Shown in pieces: positions 58,443 through 64,000 of a DNA stretch of 64,000 bases. Position 1 is the first letter of the stretch, and each line of letters opens with the position of its first letter. Below the pieces are notes generated by a model. It did no database searches and was not told the origin of the DNA. It was given only the letters and a program-made list of their open reading frames with translations. Origin of the DNA: an uncultured Candidatus Saccharibacteria bacterium. Its GTDB lineage: Bacteria; Patescibacteriota; Minisyncoccia; Phycocordibacterales; CAYGLL01. The stretch spans positions 1,487 through 65,486 of the forward strand of contig CAYGLL010000003.1 of assembly GCA_964350935.1 (NCBI GenBank), in the 5' to 3' direction. The position numbers were made by a program, and so were the translations under genes.

Positions 58443-58864
58443 GAATGATTTTCTTGTGAGCGAAGAGAGCTTGAAAATCTTCACCCTGTGGAATAATGCT
58501 TTGTGCATTCAAATCCGGAGGATTTTTATTCCACGGGGTTTAAAAATTATAGTCGCTTTGCTCCTTAATTTTTTAATAAAAGCCGTATTCAACCCTTATA
58601 TTAGCTCCTCGGCTCAGCAATAAGAAATATGACATATAATTGGTTCGTTCGGTCAAAATGCTTAATCAGAATTAATCATTTCTCCCTCACTGCCAATTAT
58701 AATAATTTCTCATTGCTTCGCTCTACGTTGCTAATAAAAAGGTTCGCCTCCGAGGCGAACTTAACTTTGTTACCTTACTACAATCACTCCCTCATGTCAA
58801 ACTCAACTTCCTCCGACTCATAGGCTGTTTATAGAGTCTCTTTTTCCACACTAAATCCACACAC

Positions 58865-60208
58865 TTGTCCCCAGTAGTGGGGTACAATGGTAGTATGTCC
58901 GTTTCTCGATTTGTACATCCAAAAAAAGTCTTTCTTGTTGCGGCAGGTATCGTTTGTTCAATTCTTTTTATATCAGGGGTTTTTGCATTTCTCACGTTCG
59001 ACAAACAGCCCGTTTTTGCAGCAGTAGGAGACGTTGAGCTTGCGGGGTGGGCGTGGTCGCCTACGATTGGCTGGATTAGTTTTAAAAATGCGAGTGGTCC
59101 AACGTATGGAGTTGTACGTAACGGAGCTTTTTTAAGAGGCTATGCATGGGCAAATCCGGCTGACACTGCTCCTGCAGTTGATATTCCTAATATCGGTGCT
59201 ATTCGTTTTGATCCGCCAGGACCTTATCCATCGGTACCATCATCAGGAACCATTGCGGGTCCGGCTCAGTTTGGCGGGAGCGGAAATAACCTCCTCGGTG
59301 GTTGGGCGCGCGCCTGTGCCGTCTTTGTAAGCGCCTGTGATGGCGCGCTTCGGCCCGACAGTGAACGCGGCGGTTGGGACGGTTGGATCAGTTTAAGGGG
59401 GCTTGCAGGTGGAGGTTACGGTGTTGCACTCGTCGGAACTCATTTTGAAGGATATGCCTGGGGCGGCGATGTTGTCGGGCCGATTAGTTTTAATCCGCAT
59501 TGTGGCGACACAACCGGCAATCAAACCGGTCCCGGTACCTGTGGCGCGGGAGTCATGCTCGCTACTGGCTATACTATGGCAATTAATCCCTCCGCGCAGG
59601 CCATCACACCGGGGGGAACAGCTGCAGCTTCAATTGTATTAAGCTCGGTCGGAGGATTTAGCGGAAGCGTGACAATTTCTGCTGTGAGTGTGCTTCCACC
59701 GGGCGCGCAGATAACATTTGGCGCTGGGGGAAATAGCTGCGTAGTTCCGTGCACGTTGAGTTTTACAATGGGAAATTTCCCGGCAGGAAGTGCGACCTAT
59801 ACTATTACGTTGCGGGGAAGTTCGTCATCGCTTCCGGATCAGGACAGAACTTTTTCAGTTTTTGTAGCAAATCCCGATCCACGTGTTGATATTAAGGTAA
59901 ACGGTTCTGATGGCCCGGTTGTGGTAAATCCCGGACAACGAGTCGCACTTCGATGGACCTCAACGTATTCAATTAACTTAACTCCAACAGGGTGCCGACT
60001 TTTTGAAACAGTAGGAACTGCAGCTGAGCAGGAAATTCCGGGACCTTTTGATGTAACCACCAACACGACTCATTCGTTTACGGCGACCGCGGCGAGTTAC
60101 CGATTCCGTATAACCTGTACCTATAGTGGTAATACGCCGCCACAGCTTGGGACAGCGGGTGATTTAATTACCATTAATCGCCGGCCGGGAGGGTTTGAGG
60201 AATTTTAA
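58865..60208 (+). CDS. secreted/membrane-anchored Gly-rich hypothetical protein (GC-elevated) with repeated GYAW...IGxISF motifs
   Basis: N-terminal TM anchor, and three copies of an aromatic motif (AGWAWSPTIGWISF, RGYAWANP..IGAIRF, EGYAWGGDVVGPISF). Confidence 0.4.
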   Translation: MSPVVGYNGSMSVSRFVHPKKVFLVAAGIVCSILFISGVFAFLTFDKQPVFAAVGDVELAGWAWSPTIGWISFKNASGPTYGVVRNGAFLRGYAWANPADTAPAVDIPNIGAIRFDPPGPYPSVPSSGTIAGPAQFGGSGNNLLGGWARACAVFVSACDGALRPDSERGGWDGWISLRGLAGGGYGVALVGTHFEGYAWGGDVVGPISFNPHCGDTTGNQTGPGTCGAGVMLATGYTMAINPSAQAITPGGTAAASIVLSSVGGFSGSVTISAVSVLPPGAQITFGAGGNSCVVPCTLSFTMGNFPAGSATYTITLRGSSSSLPDQDRTFSVFVANPDPRVDIKVNGSDGPVVVNPGQRVALRWTSTYSINLTPTGCRLFETVGTAAEQEIPGPFDVTTNTTHSFTATAASYRFRITCTYSGNTPPQLGTAGDLITINRRPGGFEEF

Positions 60209-60211
60209 TCT

Positions 60212-60565
60212 ATGCCACCTTTAGAACAACCTAAGAGAAATCACCACGCGCTGCTCTTAACAGCTGTTCTTGCCCTGGTTCTAATTTTGGTCGTCGTGCT
60301 TATATATATATCGGTAAAAAAAATGGGGCCCGCTCCTTCTCCTTCAACTACAGTGCCCGTGTCACCAACACCAGTTAATAACGCGTATCTACTCCCGCCA
60401 CCTCTTACTCCTGAGCAGGCGAAAGATATCAGCGCAGGACTTGAGAGCGTCTCCCCGATGACCGCAGATGAAAGAAAAAAGATGGAAAGTATTCTCAAAA
60501 ATTCTGAGACCCCGCCACTCACCAAAGAACAACAGGAAGAAATGCTTCGATCATCAAATCATTAG
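60212..60565 (+). CDS. small membrane protein
   Basis: 117 aa with one TM helix and a Pro-rich extracellular part. Confidence 0.35.
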   Translation: MPPLEQPKRNHHALLLTAVLALVLILVVVLIYISVKKMGPAPSPSTTVPVSPTPVNNAYLLPPPLTPEQAKDISAGLESVSPMTADERKKMESILKNSETPPLTKEQQEEMLRSSNH

Positions 60566-60582
60566 TCATTAATCAATCAACC

Positions 60583-61374
60583 ATGAAAAAAATTCTCAGC
60601 GCCGTCGCTCATCTCTCGCTCGCTCTTGTGGTTGTGGGCGGATTAAGTTATGTAGAAGCCGCCTGGCAACCACCGACGGCCGCTCCGGTGCAAGATGCAG
60701 TTATTAACCCTCCATTAAATACGGGAAGTGCAAATCAGGTTAAAACCGGTTCAATTGGCGCTTCTTCCATTGTTACCGCTTACAGTATTAATGTGGGTGC
60801 CCCGGGCACTGTCGGAAGCCCAAGTATGACGAATTCGCTTCTCCTTGCTCCACAGAGTGACAATCAGAATTTTTATATTGAACTCTTTGATAATACTCAT
60901 GGTACTGGTGGTAATCAGCGACTCCATTTTACAGCTGGCAATGCTAACCCTACCCTTATGACCATGGATTTCAATACCGCAAGTCCGAAGATAGTTACGT
61001 ACGTCGACAACTATATGCAGTACGGTAAATTGGCAGTCGGCGGACCCTCTGCTCCCGGCCCGGCAAGTGAAAAGGTGGAAGTGGCCGGAAGGGTAAAAGC
61101 TGATGACTACTGTTTACGTTCTGACCCCTCGAAATGTTTGAGCAATGCACTTGTTCCAACGGCTGAAGTTACGGTGACTAATAGCGTCGAGTACACAACA
61201 AGAACACTTCCGCTTCCGGCAGCTAGAATTTGTTTTCTAACAGCAAATAAGATTTCGGGGAGTTCGAGCACCAATGCTAATTGCTGGATTACAGGTTCCG
61301 GTACGACGTGGCAAATAAATGCACGCGGTGGCAATGGTGAAACCATATCGTGTTCCGCGCGCTGTATAGAGTAA
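60583..61374 (+). CDS. secreted cysteine-rich protein (tandem paralog A)
   Basis: Signal peptide MKKILSAVAHLSLALVVVGGLSYVEA and six Cys near the C-terminus. It is ~60% identical in the N-terminal half to the next gene. Confidence 0.45.
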   Translation: MKKILSAVAHLSLALVVVGGLSYVEAAWQPPTAAPVQDAVINPPLNTGSANQVKTGSIGASSIVTAYSINVGAPGTVGSPSMTNSLLLAPQSDNQNFYIELFDNTHGTGGNQRLHFTAGNANPTLMTMDFNTASPKIVTYVDNYMQYGKLAVGGPSAPGPASEKVEVAGRVKADDYCLRSDPSKCLSNALVPTAEVTVTNSVEYTTRTLPLPAARICFLTANKISGSSSTNANCWITGSGTTWQINARGGNGETISCSARCIE

Positions 61375-61404
61375 ATGTGACTAGAAAAAATAATTTAATT
61401 ACCA

Positions 61405-62189
61405 TGAAAAAAATTTTTAGTGCCATCACCCATCTCTCACTTGCCGTTCTTGTTGTCGGGGGATTAAGTTATGTAGAAGCCGCCTGGCAAGCACCGGTGA
61501 GCGCTCCGGTACAGGACGCTGTCATTGATCCTCCGCTCAATACCGGAGGTGTGAATCAGGTAAAGACCGGTTCAATCGGAGCATCATCTGTCACGGCGGC
61601 GTACGGTATGAATGTCGGCATCCCTGGAACTGTTGCTGCACCCGGATCCGCAGCGTCACTTAATATATGGCCGGATACTGATTCCAGCGCATTCCGTAAT
61701 AACCGGATTGTATTTTGGGGATCGAATAAACAGAATAATGGAGGTGCGGTATTTATGTTTTCAAGCCAGAACACTTTGGTTCCCACCATGATCATTGATG
61801 CAAGTATTAATGGTGCGGCCGGGAAAGTGGGCATTGGTACAGGTCTTCCGACCGCAACGAGCGAAAGATTAGAGGTTGCAGGAAAAGTTAGGGCAGATGA
61901 TTTTTGTCTTAACGCCCCTCAATCTTCGCAATGTCTGAGCAAGAAGAGTTCCTTTGATACGTATACACCCGTAACATGTTCAGTAGGAAGTGGCGACAGA
62001 ATCTGTAGTACTGGATTTAGTTTCACCACGCATATTTGTCTTCTCTCCTATGCTTACCAAGCTTGTGATTATGCGGGTGAAGGTGTTTTCGTTGATCCAG
62101 CAGACAACATGTGGAAAATAAGTCTTCACGGCGCAAGTTGTAAAAGTACCGGAGGACTTTCTGCGACGGCAATGTGTTTCAGCCGTTAG
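61405..62189 (+). CDS. secreted cysteine-rich protein (tandem paralog B)
   Basis: Start at MKKIFSAITHLSLAVLVVGGLSYVEA, with the same architecture as paralog A. Confidence 0.45.
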
Positions 62190-62304
62190 GGCACTATGAA
62201 GTTTCGGTTGTCCTCTTTTGTTGGTAGTAGATTACCGCGAGGATTTACTTTGTCGCGTAGAGGATATTGCTATAATGATTGTCATAATTTCAACCGGGAC
62301 TGTA

Positions 62305-63999
62305 TATGTACATCGAACCAAAAAAATTAAAAACCTTTATTGCTGATTCGGGTCTTGTCTCCGGGAAGGACTTGGATCTCGCTGAAGAAGAGACCGAGCG
62401 AACCGGTAAGGAAATTGACGTTGTCCTCGTTTCCCAGGGCAAGGTGAGTGACGAAGATATGTCGCGCATGAAGGCGTATGTGCTCGGTATACCCTTTGTA
62501 AATCTCAAAGGGCAAAAAGTTGATCTCAACGTTCTTTCGGTTATTCCCGAACCGATCGCACGCAATCACAATATTATTGCGTTTAAAAAAACACTCGATA
62601 CTCTCGAAGTGGCGATGCTCGATACCGATGATTTCGCGGCAATTGATTTTATTAAAAAGAAAACAGGTCTGAAGATTGTGCCCCGACTCACATCGGCCGA
62701 TTCGATCAGGAGCGTCTTGTTGCTGTACCAAAAAAGTTTGAAGGCGGAGTTCGGTGACATTATTGAAAAAGAATCGTCGGCAATTACGACGATGAAAGAT
62801 GACGACGGCGATGAGAATGTTTCCGAGAGTGATCTGAAAAAACTCGCCGAAGACCTTCCGGTGGTACGCATTGTTGACACACTCTTGAAGCATGCTATCT
62901 TGCAGAACGCTTCTGATATTCACATCGAACCGATGGATAAGGAGGTTGTGGTGCGCTATCGCATTGACGGAATCCTCCACGATACGATGGTACTGCCCAA
63001 GCGCATCGCCCCTTCAATTGTTGCGCGCATCAAAGTGCTCTCGAATTTACGTCTCGATGAAAAGCGATTGCCGCAGGACGGACGATTTAAGGTTGAAACG
63101 GACGCGGACAAGGTGTCCTTTCGTGTGTCAGTTCTCCCGATTTATTTTGGCGAGAAGATTGTTATGCGACTCCTGCGCGAGAATGTTTCGGGGTTTACGC
63201 TCGAGGTAATTGGTTTTCATGGCACTGGTCTTGAGCTCCTGCATAAAGCAACCAAGCAGAAAACGGGCATGATCCTCACCACCGGGCCCACGGGAAGCGG
63301 AAAATCAACGACACTTTATACGGTGCTTGATATTTTGAATACGCCCGACGTAAACATTTCAACAATCGAAGATCCGGTTGAGTATCAGATGCGGCGTATT
63401 AACCAAACCCAGGTTAAACCTGAGATTGGTTTCAACTTTGCGTCGGGACTGCGTTCCTTGATGCGTCAGGATCCTGACATTATTATGGTGGGTGAAATTC
63501 GCGACAGTGAGACCGTGTCACTTGCGGTGAATGCGTCCCTAACCGGTCACCTCGTACTTTCGACACTTCATACCAACTCTGCTGCGGGCGCTATCCCGCG
63601 CATGCTTGATATGAAAGTGGAACCATTTCTTCTTGTTTCAACCGTGAATGTGGTGATTGGTCAGCGTTTGGTGCGCCGTCTCTGTGGAAATAAATCCCGT
63701 TATACGCTTTCGAAGGCAGAGCTTGAGTCGCTTGGTAAAAAGGCAAATCTTGATTTGGTGTTGAAGGCGCTTAAAGAAGAAAAGGTGATTAAAGCCTCGG
63801 ATACCTGGAGCACTGTTTCGTTTTACAAACCGGAAAAGTCAGAAGATTGCGCAGATGGATATAGTGGTCGCATCGGTCTTTACGAAGTGTTGCGCATGTC
63901 GCCCACAATAAAAGAGTTGGTGCTGAAGAATGCTTCAGGCGATGATCTTGAGATGCAGGCCCGGAAAGAGGGAATGATGACGATGATTGAGGACGGTAT
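62305..63999 (+). CDS. pilB: type IV pilus assembly / type II secretion ATPase PilB/GspE family (3' partial, runs off window)
   Basis: Hand-read ORF from ATG 62305: GSPII_E N-terminal domain, Walker A TGPTGSGKSTTLY, Asp box and Walker B. It is absent from the ORF track because no stop occurs within the window. Confidence 0.8.
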
Positions 64000-64000
64000 T

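Noticed and set aside
1-64000. CRISPR arrays / rRNA genes
   Set aside because: Nothing has regularly spaced direct repeats, and no rRNA-like conserved segments were seen. The only short repeats are the IR elements and the 70-bp duplicated terminator.

Overview
This is a bacterial chromosomal segment of about 45% GC that looks like a small-genome Patescibacteria/CPR-type organism, with local islands above 55% GC. The taxonomic call is an inference from compact operons, tRNA genes without encoded CCA next to a CCA-adding enzyme gene, many TrmB-type regulators and a Gram-positive-style T4SS-like cluster.

Backbone genes:
- rpmH-rnpA-yidC-jag at the 5' end; the window begins in the rpmH upstream region.
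- ksgA, uvrD/pcrA, comM, dksA-like, pnp and rpsO (pnp and rpsO separated by inserted DNA), xerD-like recombinase, cca.
- Four tRNAs: Arg-TCG, Gly-GCC, Pro-TGG, Gly-TCC.
- NUDIX, yraN, hup, rny, clpP, rsmE, tig, a membrane H+-pyrophosphatase and nusA.
- The start of a pilB/gspE-type pilus ATPase running off the 3' end.

Most notable system: a minus-strand operon of about 13 kb (2041-15480). It encodes a VirB2/TrbC-like candidate pilin, a VirB4-family ATPase, a PrgI/VirB3-like protein, a VirB6-like polytopic membrane protein and several large secreted proteins.
- The VirB4 gene is split into an N-terminal ORF (7019-7663) and an ATPase ORF (5095-6915).
- The 103-bp sequence that splits it is a small inverted-repeat element with GAATTATGAA...TTCATAATTC ends.
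- Three copies of this element lie within 2 kb. One carries a four-helix-bundle (23S rRNA IVS-type) protein gene as cargo.

Other accessory signals:
- A GC-rich foreign-looking island between rpsO and pnp.
- Conserved structured trailers after the tRNAs.
- A phased DnaA-box cluster near the tRNAs.
- Four TrmB-like regulators, each divergent from small membrane or hypothetical proteins, including a tandemly duplicated module sharing a ~70-bp terminator repeat.
- A promoter-to-terminator bounded 235-nt structured unit next to hup.
- Two tandem cysteine-rich secreted paralogs directly upstream of pilB.

No CRISPR array, no rRNA and no obvious defence-system genes were seen.
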